From the NCBI GenBank assembly GCA_024704765.1, contig JAKMXF010000304.1:168225-232224 (forward strand): 64,000 nucleotides of DNA. Direction: 5' to 3'. Both the position numbers and the translations under genes were made by a program. The notes beneath the pieces are model-generated. The model was given only the letters and a program-made list of their open reading frames with translations, was not told where the DNA came from and searched no databases. The stretch is from Oopsacas minuta. Lineage: Eukaryota > Animalia > Porifera. Of this stretch, positions 39,463-54,857 are shown piece after piece (position 1 is the first letter of the stretch; each line of letters begins with the position of its first letter).

Positions 39463-41880
39463 GTTTTCTTTACTTTTGACAATAACCTTTGAAATGCATT
39501 TTTTGACATTATTCGCTAAATACCAAATACTTGCTAAGAATATTTATTTTCGCAGGATATCACTACCACCAAACTACAAGAAGTACCTACTTTGTTACAT
39601 AAATTAACTTCAGTTTCTAAATTTTAATTCGTTGACAAATCGACAAGAATCCCTGATGGTCCTTCTACTAACATCGGCATCAAATCTTTGCTAAATTCGA
39701 TGTTACTAATTATTGTCCAAATTCGAAAAACCCTCATTAGCATTGTCTTAGATTGACATTTCAATGACCAGATATCAATAAGCTCCAACAATTGAACTGA
39801 GATAGAGATAATTCATCAGTAACTAGGGGTTTCACAACAATTAGGGCATCATGACACATACGACATGGACCACCACATTTCTTCAAGTTCTGATGTTTTG
39901 AATAGCCAGCAATGAATGCTAAGGACTGAATAGTCAGACTATCACACTCAATGATTGAGAGGTCTATACCGTCAGAAACTGATCTTAATCATCCTCATTA
40001 CTATAGTCTGCTCTTTCGTTGTACATCACGAAACACATAAAATTCAGGTAATAACGCTGCTCCAATAAGTTATTATGATACTGAATATGTGTTTAATAAC
40101 AGGTTGTTGCATTATCTTCAATGATGGTCCGAAAAACAGTGTTCAAGTTTCGGGTTGTTCCAGTCTTTTCACAAATAGTTGGAGTTTGTAAATCGAAGTG
40201 ATTTCGAGATCAGTAAATATTATTAGCATGTATCAGGCACTGAATTACTTGATGAAGCCAATCCCAACCATCCATCCGTCCTAGCTTCTTCCCGCAAGTT
40301 TTGACTCTGCCCTAAGGAACCTAGAAAAGCTCCCAAAATGTATATTGGACCAACATGAGTCAATTACCTTTGAATCTACATTTGAATTCGGCTCTTTGGG
40401 TGATGTTATTATATACATCAAAATTTCTAGGAATAGGTACAATATTTCAATAGTTGTCTGATTAATGTGCCGCTTACCTGGTTGTGATATCTTCCTGTGG
40501 ATCGCAACTGTCAAGGAATGCAAGCTTATTAGTGGCAATCTTAATGTCAAGCTCAGCAATGAAGCCTCTCCTATTCTTCTTCCGAGGCTATATCGCTAAA
40601 CTGAAGGATCGAGGCTCGAATACTTAGCTGTATATCTTTACTTAACAAGTATATATATAAAACTTCATCGTGTTCATGAAAATATTTAGTAATCGAGTGT
40701 TTAGTAATACCCACATGAGATGAATAAGCATAGCGAAAAATCAGTGCGATTAGTGGAATCAGTGCTAAATATCTGAAAATTTCAAAACTAACTCTGTATT
40801 TATAAAAGAGATATATGTTGTTTGTGAATAATTCCATAATACTTGAAAATTTTGCTATACAGTATATTATCATGTAGTGTGTTCCTATAAGCATATAATA
40901 GAGCATTTGAATGTTTCGCGACATTACAAGTTTTCAACTATACTCCAATTTGCATAATATTGGTTCTGAACCTCTGCCGAAATTGTACCAGGTCGAAAGA
41001 TCGTAATCGAAAAGTCGAGTCTTAAATATGCCAACCAACACTGAAAGTAGCATGGGTTACTAAACTTCTCACACCTCTCTGCGAAGACATTTGTCGAAGT
41101 CCCAGTCTGCCAAATGCTACATTAAGGGTGAACGAAATCATCAAGATAGTGGGGAGTCAAATAGCATCTAGACCAGTGTTTGTCAGAAATGACCGCCCCG
41201 AAAACGGGTCCTAAATTTTGAAAAACCACTTATGCCCTTAGTCACCATATGTGACTTTACTCCTGGCCCATTTTTAACATGCAAGAGACTGATTTTCTAA
41301 TGAGATTTACTCTTTTATTACCGCTTTTTGTTGAATGTTCGGATTATAACCCTTTTATACTGGTTTCCTAATGTTAGACAGAGGTTTGTGGAATATCAAC
41401 TTAATGAACTGACATGTTTGTTTAGATAAGATATTATGATCAATGATCATACCTAATCAGCAGATAAAGGCAGAAAGGACCGAGTTTTTCCGGAAGAAAC
41501 TGGTTTCTTCAACCTGCCAAGGTCTTTTCTAGAAAAGAGCGGTTTTTCCGAACACTAATCTTGACCCTCAATAATATCTCAAAAAGATTTGGCGAATTTA
41601 ACTCAGGATATGCCTAGTCATGTTAATTTATGATACGAAATGATGGAGAAATTTGTGATAGTAATAAAAGTATCTGTCAAGTATTTCACTTGTTATAACA
41701 ATCTATAAATAATTGGACAGCACTTTTGTTCCACCCAATTTACTTTCTTAGATATATTTGTTCATTATTTATTATTGTTTCTAAGTGTTTATGGCAAAAG
41801 AAATTAAGCCCAGAATTCACCCCTTTATCAACGGAATGAGTTTGGACTAATTCCTACTTTCGAAGAGGGCTAAACTGGGC

Positions 41881-42435
41881 TTGAACTTATTCCTTTTGTC
41901 AAGAGCTTTAGCTTGTCATGAGATACCTGGAAAGTGGTTTACTATTCTTAACAACTATAAATCTTTCATCCCTTTTACTGTTTTATTTAGGGAGTTGAAT
42001 GTTATTGAGATAACTGTTGATCCATTTGATACCTCTAATATGCGTGAAGCATTGTTAAATGAGATAAGAAATACGAAAATTGATCATGCCGCCAGAGTAA
42101 AATCCATTGAAATGTCAAGAAAATTGTATTTTCGGAAGAAAGAATTTATTTATGACCCAATGAAGGCATTTACTAAGGATCTTCAAGTCCAGAGAACCTT
42201 TCTTAGGAAGACCAACAATCTGAGCGTGATAACCAATCGGAATAATGTAAATTATCACAAGTTGTTGGAAGATTATAAGAGGGAGAAATTTATTCGGCGA
42301 TCAAATAGGAAGTTGATCCCAAATTCCAATCCATCTTTCATAAGTAATATTGATAATGTGGGGTTTACTTCAACTGGACTCTCTCCAAATGTGATGTCTA
42401 GTGTAACCAATAGGTATGGCAACTATTTTATTTGA
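41881..42435 (+). other. 184-codon open frame of unknown function
   Basis: Long for this AT-rich context, with a TTG start and no clear motif. It may be a TE remnant; there is a weak resemblance to N-terminal regions of Penelope-like ORFs. Confidence 0.25.
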
Positions 42436-45400
42436 TCGTTTATTGATTTCAATACATTATATTTTGCCTCTACATTTCCTGATTGCTTATATTAACCATT
42501 GTTTTTAGTATTATTCCTACATATTGAAATGATTCAACTAAAGAAATACCCTTTTTGTACATTTTTAGTCTTGAATTTGGAGATGTTTAATCAGTCATTA
42601 TATGAGGATTTCATTAGTTTCGTTAAGAACTAAAGAAATTCTGTACACTGCTCAATAGCAAATTTGGTGCCTGGAGCTAGTATATTTTTCCAGGGATATC
42701 AACTACGCTGATTCCTAAAATCACCTCTGATTCTCTCAATCATCACTGTTTATCAAATATTGTGATTTGAATCCTTACACAAATTCTAATAATACCGGAA
42801 AACCGATACTATGCTTCTAGTAAGTATATATTTAACTATCTATTAAACCATATTCAAGTTTGTGACATCTGGTTAATTTACAGTGTTTGCTACGCAATTT
42901 GTCCTAAATATTCAAACTATTGGAATTTCCAATTTGTCTGAAATTGGCCCCACCTACAATAAGTCAATACTCAGCTTGAATGTCCTCATTCTTCTCACTG
43001 ACTCTTATCCACCATTCAATATCTATGTATCTAACGACTTAGAACCATACTCTTTCATACTTATCATCTATACAGAAGCATTTCTCAGAATCTATGAAAA
43101 TCATACCGAACATGTAATGACGTCATAGATTTACAATTTTATATATTCTGAATCTAGGTCGTATCCAAGGATAATATCAGCACTTTATGGCCAAGATAAT
43201 TTTATTATTCGCATCCTATAGAAATTGAAGCTCGTGAGTCAGAAATCCACAGATTGCCATCCAATATGATAATATTGTAGTATAAGTGAGGAAATAATGA
43301 TTTCCAATGATCTGACTAAAATGTTGAAACCACAGCAAATTTGCCATTTTACTGGACATCATCAATCTAAGAATTGTTTTCTTCATAACAAAATACAGAT
43401 GAACTATTAGAGGCTAATTGATAAATATATGCCATTGTGGGGAATATGGAGATTTCAGGTGGGCGTATACCTATTGTGAGTGGCAGCTTTGTGTCCGACA
43501 CCGTGGGAATTCAAAGGAGTTCGATATCGTACTGGTCATCGTTTAGCAAAATGAACCAAATGAAGTGTACTTCATGAAAAGAATTTGTAATGATAGCACA
43601 TATAGACATCAATTATATAATTCATGCAGACATAGTATGAATCTCTATATGTATTGCATAATATTGCAAAATTTCAAATAAAAATACCTAAAAGATCAAG
43701 AGCTGATAGAAAGAAACTGTTTATATTTTCGGAATAGTGACACTCGAAAACCTCTAAAGGAATCTACTTTGTCTAGGCACCTAATTCCTAATTATTCACT
43801 TTTTCGACATTTGATACTGCACACTAAGTTTATTTCCTCTACTATCAACCTACTATATCTCGAACACTGGGATAAATCAATAGTCGTGCTTGAATCTGTG
43901 TGCTAACAGGCAGTTGTTATAGGATAGTGTTCATAATCAAACCCATTAGTAACATTAGATGAAATACCAATTCGTTCGAGATATCGGGCATTGGAGATAC
44001 ATGATTTGCAATTCGAAACAACTTTATTGACTGCTTATCTGTCGAATATCTTATTCAAGCTCAAATATTGAGATCAGTAATGTTTATTTTTATGCAATAA
44101 TATACATCATTTATCCAAAATATATTTAAGGTATTCCTCAAAATATCAGAAATTCGTAATATTCAAGTTCGCACTTATGTAAACTAAACCGTCCAATTTA
44201 TGCATATATTCTTCTTCCACATGATCATTGCCTACATAATCTAGCCAAGGACTACTTCAATTCTTTGAAGGTTTTAGGCAATTCTATATCATGGATATCT
44301 TTTGGGCATTTGTCTCCAATATATGTATGTGATTCAGTCAGTTTTGTATATATCGGCCACCAAAGGGACTCGCCTAAAGAGTACAGGTTGGTAGAATTTT
44401 TGGGTTTCTTGGCCGCTAACTGGAATATAGAAGTAGTCTTATGGATGATTGTGAACCACTCAACAGGGTAGTTGTGCTTATTTTCAGGGTTGTTTATTCG
44501 ATTCTGTGCACTAGATGTCCTGCTATTAGCTTGTCTTTAGTTTGTTTTCCTCTTCCTTTGGTTTGTCCTTGATTTCTCATGAGTGCATGGACGTGTTCAT
44601 TAATCTTGTCCTCAAGTTAGCGGCATAGCCACGTCTTTGGTTATTGTAATCGCAGGTGGTACGTGGGGTTGTGCAGGTGATGCGAACAATGTTAAATTAT
44701 ATTAGGCTATTATGTGATTATTTGTCAGGTAACTCAAAAAAGAGATTATCATTCATAGACTATCCTAAATCTAAAGTCTACTACCTGATAAGATCCAGAA
44801 ATTCAATGTATTTAATATCCAGTACCATTTATTCAGTATCAGAAGATATTATCAAGGACTGGTCTCAACTATGAGCGCATTGCCACTCCATCATTCTGTT
44901 GAAGACGCGCATCATCTGAACTTGTTCAAACTGACGTATGCTGAATTAGTTAAATGGCACTGAATATTAAATGTATTTCATTTTTGTATGGTTTCAGGTA
45001 GTAGTGTTTAGACTTAGGACAATCCTATCAAATAACAAATTTCTTTCTTGAGTTACTTAACGAATAATTACTTAATAGCTAAATATACTTCAAGCTGCTC
45101 GCACTACTTTCGCACCCGGTAAAGAGACTTGGCAACTCCAGTGTCTGTTAGATAACATCATTGAAGCTGAAGAAACACGCTTAATAGCCTCAAAAATGCG
45201 CCCTGGAATTCGAGAATTCATGGTTGGGATGAGAAATTCATACTGAGAGAACTGTCAAAAACCTAAATAGTAAGTCCCAAGACCATGCAAGTAATTTCGG
45301 GAGAAATAGTTCTGAAGAATGTAATGGGATTTTGCTCAAAAATCCAAAAAAAATGGAAATATTTTGATGCTGTTCATCTCGCACATAAGCTCTAATCATC

Positions 45401-47144
45401 TTACACTTTCAACCTATGATAGCAATAGTTTGTAATCATCTTGTACACCTTTCAGCTCTATAACTATATGGTTGTGTATCTTTCCTAAATATTGTGCACA
45501 TTCGAAGCAATTTGTTTAGGCTCATTTTTTTTGGCCCATCCAGTATATGCTAAACTCTGTCATCAGTCTATTTTTGAGTGCGGTTAACGATACCTAAGCT
45601 AATACTTAGGTATCAATCTGATTGATTGGAATATTGTAAAAGTATATTGTGATTCCACTGCTTTTTGTCGACACAAGACATTAGTATATTATGAATTTCA
45701 CGGGTCTAGAGGTGGCTTTAATCACTTTATATCACAGGACTAGATGGATTTAGGGGTACACATAAGATTCGGAACATTGTGATAATTGGTAGATGAAATA
45801 TGGCAGATATTCTGTAGATATCAGACAGAGTAATTTTTGGCCACCCCTTTTTAGAAATCAACAATTTTCTTCAACTCTTCATTTATAATTATTGTATTCT
45901 AATTTTGTTACATTATTCAGCTAAATTGAATTGACCAATTTCTAGGCTAATGAAAACGATAATACCGATGATTTGACAAATATAACTGAATCGCTTTGTA
46001 TGACATCTAAACTTATACAAATTGGCTGAATAACCTCAATAAGTTTGAAAGCCCCATTTTGAAACAAAACCTCATGGATGAGACTGTCTACTAAATGAGG
46101 AATTCTTTCGCTAGAAAACTCGGATATGTGGTGCTATTAGCAACAACACTTGAAAGAAGATTTTAAGCTGAATTCCAGCGACCATCTGTCATCCTAGCCG
46201 TTTTCCGAGGGGGTCCACAATTTTGACAAAGCAATATCAAAGATGAGTACTGTCCAAAGAATCTCTATAGGAATTAATTCCGGATGTTAGCAGGCAATTC
46301 TATAGTACGAATCATCATTAACTTCTTATATGATTCAGAAACATTGGATTTGTGCATACTGGAGTTCCTTCCTGAAGCTTCCATCCATCAGGGTACAAAA
46401 GAGATGTTGTCTCAAGTAACACTTTATTGAGGGCATTACAATAGTACTATATAGAGTGAATATTATGTTTGAAAATCTTATCTAAGGTTGCTCAGCGGGC
46501 TGAAATTGTTTACCAAATGTGTACCTTAGGAATGTGCAGGGAATGTTCATTAAGGTTCATTTTCCTTTGTCAACCGCTGTGTTCTTCCCTTATGGAGCCA
46601 AATTGAGCTCTCATCTGTGAACTTTATATTATTCCATCGAATATTTACCTGTTTTGAGTCCATGCCACTCTCTTGAGCTCATTTACTGGAGTTATTCCAG
46701 GAAGCTCTGATTGCTTTTTGAAATCGCCTAAATTCTTTACCGTTTGCCTAATTATTTCATGGGAGACATGTACTCCCGCTCTAACTTGAATCGACTCTTC
46801 CTTGTCCTCAGAGATATTCTGGATTGTTCCTCAGCATCATATTTAGACTAACTTCATATTATTCCACCTACATTTTTATGAGTTAAAGACTCGTCGGATT
46901 ATAATTAAGCTCGCACATAATATAGGGACTTTAATGTAACTTGACAACGTTGAGCTATCTATTCACATGAATGTCCTCGGGTCTGAAGGTAGTTAGAAAT
47001 CTTTTCTCTCCGAATTTGTAGCATTAAGTATAATATGGAATCTAAATATAACATTTATTGATAAATTTCATAGAAGGTATCGAATATCAGAATATCCAGA
47101 GGTTACTAAGATATAAAAGATTTATAGTATCTGCTATAGAAATG

Positions 47145-48408
47145 CTTGGTGAGACACAAAAGTAATGAGACTCTATTTCTAGGTGATTATTTAGGAGAGT
47201 TTAATAAGTTACCATATTAGATTTATGAAACGTAATCCCACATACACTCAATCACAGACTTACAATTCCTATAAAATCTTTGAATTTCCAGTCGGAAACT
47301 TTCTGGCAGCAGCTGTCTCATGAAAGCAGCGTTTTCTCTTGGATTTCTTTTGCACTAGAATATTCATCTTGCCGTAGATGCTTATTAATGTCCTTGAAAC
47401 CTACCTATCGCACTGATTCCAGTCTGGACTGTATAGCGATTGTTTAATTAACATCATATCCCTCCTTGTAAGGTATTCCATTGTCGCTCTAGCAGTGGGG
47501 GGTCTAGCGTTGTCACATTGCCACCATAATCCACAAAGTTTTGTTGGATTTGAGTGAGGTTTACGCCATCGTTCTCCTGTGAATTGAATAAAGTCAGTAT
47601 ATACCTCTGCATTTATTGTCCCATTGGTGGTTTAATGCCTTCCGATTTGTCATTTGAGGTCGGACAACTCGAAACGCTTCTGGCTAGCAATGCTTTGTTC
47701 CCTGCCTTTATTAGATGAGGATCAAAGAACACCAAATTCTTGTCCTCAGTAGCCCAACACCTCAAGTTTGGCCATTGAGTATTTATAAATTATCTCGACG
47801 ATTTCTTGAGCACAGACCACTCTAGAGTCCATGTTAGCCTTAGAAAGCAGGTGTGGGGTCCAGACAGAGCAGACCTTTCTCAACCCCAGTACCTCAACTG
47901 AGATGCGTCTAATCGATTCTCTACTAATCTCAGTTGCATCAGCTAGTATTCGAACTGACTGTTTAGGTTCAGCTTCAATTGACGAATTTGATGAATAAGG
48001 ACGTCGTCTGTCGAGGAAGGAGGGCGGCCCACTTTGGGATCGTCCTTTAACGAAAGTCTCTCCTCATTAAACCTTTGATACCATCTAAATACAGTCGCTT
48101 GTGACAGGGATTCATCGAGTTTTGATTCCAGAAGTTGATCATGAATTCTGACGGGATTTTACCCCTCCTAAACTCGATAAATATGTGAGCCCTTAAATGT
48201 TCTTTGTCAAAATTCATCAACACTGCAGGAGTATATTCTCTATGAGCAAATATAGTGAATTACGAGAAAAGAAATGATAATAATTGTGTATAAACCGAAT
48301 TAGGCATAATATATGGTGTAGTATTAACAGTTATGTGGAGATGACATATATTATTGTGATTATGTTCAAGTTACACATCGAATCTCATTACTTATGTGTC
48401 TCACCAAG
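47145..48408 (-). mobile_element. Decayed full-length mariner (DD34D) element, 1264 bp
   Basis: TIRs CTTGGTGAGACACAAAAGTAATGAGA and TCTCATTACTTATGTGTCTCACCAAG, with TA on the right and TG on the left. Minus-strand remnants SQATVFRWYQRF, KVCSVWTPHLL and CDNARPPT...YSPDWNQCD (34 residues between the last two D). Confidence 0.9.
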
Positions 48409-49977
48409 TATATCTATCATTAGATAATTATTTCAACATATAGAAGGAGCATTATTTCTACTAAACAAGTATCTACGCGAAATATGGGTTTATATTAAAA
48501 GAATAAATACTGTAAATATTTTCTTGACAGGCTGTAGTTACAATCATATTACAAGTGAAAACATTGTATGTTTCCCATTTATCAAATCAATCTGATCGTT
48601 TTCGTTAGTTAGATTACTAAGAGTAGTTAAGCTAGGGTAAACATAGATGGGATTAAAGAAGAAACATTATGAAATTAATTAGTCACAAATATATTTAAAT
48701 AGACACACTTGAGATTCAAAAATACGACTAAGCGTACAAATTATGACAGAAGCATTTAGCGTAGGCTAAACGCGTTTAACCAAAAAAGGCATTTTGCCCT
48801 GTAACATCCCCATTTATAGCATATACAAAGCTTCAGACGTAATCCTTTTGATGCATTAGAATATGTAATGAGAAATTGGAATGTGACAATTTTTCATTGA
48901 CTAGGTAGGACAGAGATTGCCATCGAACTCTCTACAATAGCATTGGCGTCACGTTGGATACTTAAGGGGTCTGGTCCCCCAGGTTTAGAGGGGGAGACTT
49001 CTTTCTTTGCGAAATTTACATAAAGTTGGAGCTATTTCACCCTATTTATACCGCTAGCCCGCTTCGCTTACTAGGACGATAGGCGTAGGCGATAGGTGGT
49101 CATATATATATAACTTTGGTCCTTGGATTTAGCTAATTTTCTAAGTGTTGTAATGGTTCTGCGAACGCAAATACTTAGCAATACGTGTTACCAATTCAAG
49201 TATAGCGGGACTATATAACTGTATTATCTATGGGACATCTGAATTGCATTAAATTGTTATCTGATTTATAATAGAGCAGTGAGGTAGCGATGGTAAATTG
49301 ATCATGGTAATCCCTCTCAAGCATTTAAAATTTCTCATTAAGTACGATATATGGAATAATTTAAATTTTTGGAATGTCATGATAACGCAAGGATTCAATG
49401 AAGAGTTGGCATTTGGTAAATTAATGAAATCAGTACATTAGGCATTTTAGGGAAACCAGTGATTCCACCATATACTCTCTATAATGTAACTTGGTTGAGC
49501 AGTGGTAAATAAAGTGAATTTCCTCAAAACAATATGTGACACTTCCCAAATATCAAAATGTATTATAAGAGTATGGGAAGAATGTATCAATTTAGATCAA
49601 TTTCGCAAATATGGCATAATAAGTAAAATAAAAACTTTTTTCGAAATGTTGGCACATTTCAAAAATTTGTACTTTCTGTACTGACGAAATGTATTTATAC
49701 GATTACGTATTTTATGCAGTTGGCTCGCATTTGAATAAGTACAATTCATGTGTCTAGTACAACTGGATGTCAACATTCTAAAATATTAACATATATGCCG
49801 AGGTACAAGTGTCGCAAAAATTACATTCCACAAATACATTCAGTAACCGTTATGACTGTTAGAGTTCCAAATATGACTTCTTTTGCCATAACATATAGTT
49901 TCAATGTATAGCATTAACGGATTAGGGATATATTAATAAACATAAGCATAAAACACTCTTTTTGGCATAAACTAATT

Positions 49978-50630
49978 CAGTGGTTCCAAATAGGGGCATA
50001 CTGGACGGGCCAGTATCCAGGGGCATGAGCTGGGGGCGTTTAACTCCCCCTGGAGAGTTGTATGTTAATTTCTTCATTAACTTTTGTAGTTCTCAAGGTT
50101 GAAACCGCTCGAACTGTATATCAGTAATCATGAATAGCAGCCTAAGCGAATCCTGATAATAATCGGTTAGATTCAGCGAATACCACTGAAAATATTTCGT
50201 TTCAACCAACCAAATACCAAATACTGAGCTAATCTGTACAATTTAATGACAATTATAATTCTAGTGTGGTGTGTAAATTAGTTAATCCATTGATGCTATA
50301 AATTTTTTCTTCCTCGCTAAGCTCCCTCTTAGCATTATAGTTGCAACGATTTTAAATAACATTCATGTCTCTAGTACTCTGAATTAATTCGTGTGCAGTT
50401 GTACAAGATGCCAAAATTTCATTCCGTTAGTAACTTCGATCTCTAATACTAGGATATAATTTGAATTGAAGTATTTGAGATAACTACATCTCACACAGTC
50501 CTACATACTAGCACCTTCTTGCCAAGGCTCTGGCACGGGATCTATTGCAGTCTATGGTAGGGGATCGACAGATGTCTGAAAATGTTTAAATTTGGATGGG
50601 GTTACATGATGAACAAGGTTGGGAACCGTT
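49978..50630. mobile_element. Possible hAT (Charlie-type) non-autonomous element
   Basis: CAGTGGTTCCAAA at 49978 and AAGGTTGGGAACCGTTG near 50615-50630. No clear TSD. Confidence 0.35.
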
Positions 50631-51062
50631 GAGCTAATTGTAAAGTAAATTCGTGGATTCAAGAACTCATTAAATGTAAATATTTGAAAACATTAGAGAG
50701 TACACACACTAAATGTTCAAATGGTCAGGGGTGATCATTTTTTGCAGCCAGGTCAATTAATTATACACTAATTATATTCCTATTTTGAAAAGATTTTTAA
50801 TTGATACAGAATTTGAATACAATCAACAATGGATTAAATTTCATTACTTGTAATGTCATGTGAGTAAAATTATTTATTTATGAGAAGCTTTTGCTTTGTT
50901 CTAGTAAGTCTTTCACAGTTTTATACTAAATATCCTTTCTTCAGCGATTCAGTTCGACTCATGTAGTCCCTAAATTCATTCTCTCAAGAATTCAGCAATC
51001 TGAAGTCACCCCAAGTTTGAGAGTACAAAAGGGTATCCTTCAAGATGAAATCAATAAATTAT

Positions 51063-51600
51063 TCAAGCAACTCCAGCACAACAGACACAACTACAACCCT
51101 TGTGGAGAAGTCTTGTTTTATCAGGTGGCATAGGCGGAGGTATAAATTCCTCATCATCTTGATCTAACATAGCATATTCAACAGTATCGTCATCAAAGGA
51201 AACTTTCTTAGGCTTAGGTACTTCGAATTCTGTAGAATGCTCAACAGGACGAATCGTAGATTGAAGATTGGGATAACATATATTATTTTTGGTCTTAGAA
51301 GTGATTCCTTTTATATCAGTCAAATAGAAATAACAATCAGTATAATGATCTCTTGGTTCCCTCCATATCATGGGAATAGCAAATTGCATTGAAGTACATG
51401 AGCCATTTAGCCATTTACTAAGTCCTTTTGCACATTTTGAGCAACAAAAATGAGGTGCCCAAGGCTTATCTTGATCACCAATCTTGCAACCGAAATATTG
51501 CTCATATCCTTTGTGTACAAGGGGGAGACATGTCTCTCCGCTGAAATTTTGTATTAAATTCTCCACAAATATAACAGAAAGAATAGGTTGGGTTTGAACA
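51063..51600 (-). pseudogene. N-terminal fragment of a second Chapaev3-like transposase
   Basis: YFGCKIGDQDKPWAPHFCCSKC...PMIWREPRDHYTDCYF, homologous to 5659-6035. Confidence 0.75.
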
Positions 51601-52129
51601 TCGACGAGACATTATTGAAAAGAAATAAATACAAACACAATCAGATAATCTCCTCTTGAAAGAGCAAGTAATATTCTATATATTTTAAGAAAATTTGAAT
51701 TGTTAGACAATATATGCGGAAGGTATTAATACATATACAATTATACATTCTATAGAGATCTATGGAAAAATGATTTTGGAAATTTCTGAATTTTACAAAT
51801 CTCTGCCTGATAGAGAAAAACTGATTGGATATTTGGAATCAGGGTACTTGAATACATAAGAAACATTATCGTGTATTCCAGAAGCAAAAAATGATGAAAA
51901 TTTGTTGGACAGTGTAATTTATTGTTAGATAAATATTTCTAGTCAATGGTAATCCTATTGCTAATTGAAAAAAGAAGTAATTGATTGTTGCTTAAGTGAT
52001 CTTTCAGCATTTAGGTGAATTTTGTCAGCACATTCATCAAATCAGTTCTTTGGGCCATAAAATAATAATATAATCTAAATTATAACAAACCTAATCAAAT
52101 TTTTGATGAATATATTGACTTCAAAAAAA

Positions 52130-52275
52130 GATAATGGTCCGATTAACCGATGTTTTGGTCTGATTAACCGAAAAATGTTAAATATCAATCCTGGATTAGA
52201 TTCCCTCCAGGAGAAAATGGTCCGATTAACCGAATTGTCCGATTAACCAGTGGTCTGATTAACCGGAGTCGACTG
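52130..52275. mobile_element. pogo/Tigger-type element end with five subterminal repeats
   Basis: Five GTC(C/T)GATTAACC(G/A) units ending in GGAGTCGACTG. Confidence 0.6.
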
Positions 52276-54857
52276 TGTATACATATCCTATTCATTATAT
52301 CATTTTCATAGCAACAATTTTGTTGTTAGAATATTGACAAAAATAATTTCACTCTATATATATGATTTGAGGATTCAATTACATTGTGGTAAATTCTATT
52401 GCACTTTGATAATGGGATGTGGCATGATGTGATTGAATTACCCACGATTGGAAAAGTATAAATACCAACATCATACAGTCAAGGGACAAAAGTATTCGAC
52501 CACACAAATATATTGTCACAAATTGTATACTCTTTCTCGCTCCTATATATTGTGTAGTCTATATTCATAGCTGCAATCTAGTAATTTGCATAGAAGAACA
52601 TGTTTTTGAAGTATTTCAAAAAAATATTTTCGATTTATACTTTTTGAAGGTGTTAATTATTAATAATTATTAGATAATTCTTGATAATCAAAATATGTGG
52701 TAATTCAAAGCCTATTAAGAATCTATAATTTCTGACTTGATATTTGAATTGTACGTAGGCGAGTTACCCCAGATTGAAATAAGGTAATTCATGGTCGTAT
52801 TGTATGGAAATGGGGTATATCATAGATAAATGATTGAGATAGCCCTTTATGGACCTACTTTCCATTTTTATCCTTTGTCTAACAATCCAGCAGTTCTGAG
52901 GTACTAAAGTGAGGATTTATGGTCATTACGTAATTGTATCGTCATATTTGACACTTTCTTTACATCATTGAACCAAAGAAATACGTGTCCTGTACAAATA
53001 TATAGAGTTACAAAGATCTCTAACCATCAGCCTTTGTTGGCGTTGTAAAACGTCACTAAATTCGAGTATTATTGATGAATACAATTTGTTCTCTGATATT
53101 CTTTGTTCACCCAATGACGTAAGCCATTGGAACAACTAGAACAAATCACAAATATGCCACGATTTCCTGATCACCTAACTGACAATCAAAATATTGGCTA
53201 TATACCTTCTTGAGTTAATTTGCGATTATAGTCTTTGCGATATTAAACAAAATGAACCACAACCATAAACAAGCTGCCTGGTGAGTGTATACATAAACGA
53301 TGGATTCTGCGAATTAAGTAAAATTCAATTAAAGATAATCAAGAAAGCTATAAATTAGGAATCAATAGTATACTTATTCAAAAATCTACAAAGAGTTGTA
53401 AACCTTAATTCTTCGAACTTATTAAACTAGTAATTTATATAGAGAAATTTAGAAAGTTGTAAATATAGGAAATCTAGAATAATATAAACAAATGGAGAAG
53501 AGATTCGGAATCAGGACTGAAAAATGACACCTGAATCAACGTATATCATCTGTAATGAAAAATGGTTGTGACCTGTATATTTCCTGAAAATAGGGTTGGG
53601 AAAGTTGAAAAACCTTGTCATAAATTAATCGGAAATCGATTCCCCTATCAGTGATTATAGAAATGTATCTTAAAATCAATCCACCTAGGAAAACAACTTG
53701 GCAACTAATATAAATTTATTTGCGGTAGCATATTTTTGGGTTCAGATATTAGGACTTTTAGTTCAATTTTCAGGTCGACTCTAAACCGATCGATTAAAAT
53801 AACATGTACAGTCGAAATTGTTTTCTTGAACCCGGTTTTTCTCGATAAATTTCATTCTAAGTGTATTCATTTCCTTCTGGTTTTCTTACTATCTGTCTTT
53901 TTTCTTTACTCCCTTGGAAAGAAATCTAAAAGAAATATCGGTTACTATTCTACCACAATTGCATATATTATGGGGATTAGAATATGAGAATCAGATAGAA
54001 TATATGTCTTGACCTTAACCTACTAAAGATAAAGGCTAGCACTCAGTCAATTTTCACTAGAGATAGTATTTTGATCGGAAATTCTATAATCGTCAAAATA
54101 TCAAACTACATTTTCACCCGAATATATGTATTAATGATATGCAAGAATTCACAAAAGCCAGATTTGTGAAGATTTACAAATCAAAGTGACGTCGTCTACT
54201 AGTGTAATTGGTAAATATGTATAACAAATGTTCCATCTTTGAAACCAGTAGAACGTTAATCATTAATCTATGTTCAAAACCTTCAAATTCCAAATGATTT
54301 AAACCATTTCTGTGCCAAATGTAAACAAATTGACATGATAAAAGTTGGTATTTTCGGGCTGTCACACAGACCATGGATGTCATTTGTGCTTATTAATATC
54401 CTCATATAACACGATAATTGTTACGATGGTGTTCAATTCAACATAGCCAATATATAGTGTACATCTGACTTCCCATATCCTGGTAATACCTTTTGATATA
54501 ATATCTCTTCCCAATCTGACGTTATCATGAATATGCCCATATATGGTCATTTTTTAAGTTTGCGCAATAACTTTAGGGATATCAAATTATAATATTTTAC
54601 AAGGTTAGGGTTGGGTGTATACCATATATTAGCTATCCTTGTTTGACCATAAATTCTGCGATTATCCAGTTATAAGTGGATATTAACAAAATACGTGCAA
54701 TCCATTGTCTGTGCAAAACTCAGAAACGATGGAACTTTATCGTGACAATGTTCTGCATGGTTTAAAATATTGAGCATATTTGATGCATATTTACCAATTC
54801 TGCTAACAGATGCCCTGATTTCGCTTTGAAATTTTCAATAATGTGGCTTTTAAAATA

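Noticed and set aside
44280-44400. GIY-YIG-like YIG motif on the minus strand
   Set aside because: A three-residue match without the GIY or downstream Arg/Glu pattern.
52130-52275. CRISPR-like repeat array
   Set aside because: The repeats are about 13 bp with irregular spacing, end in a Tc1/pogo-type terminus, and lie in eukaryotic DNA.
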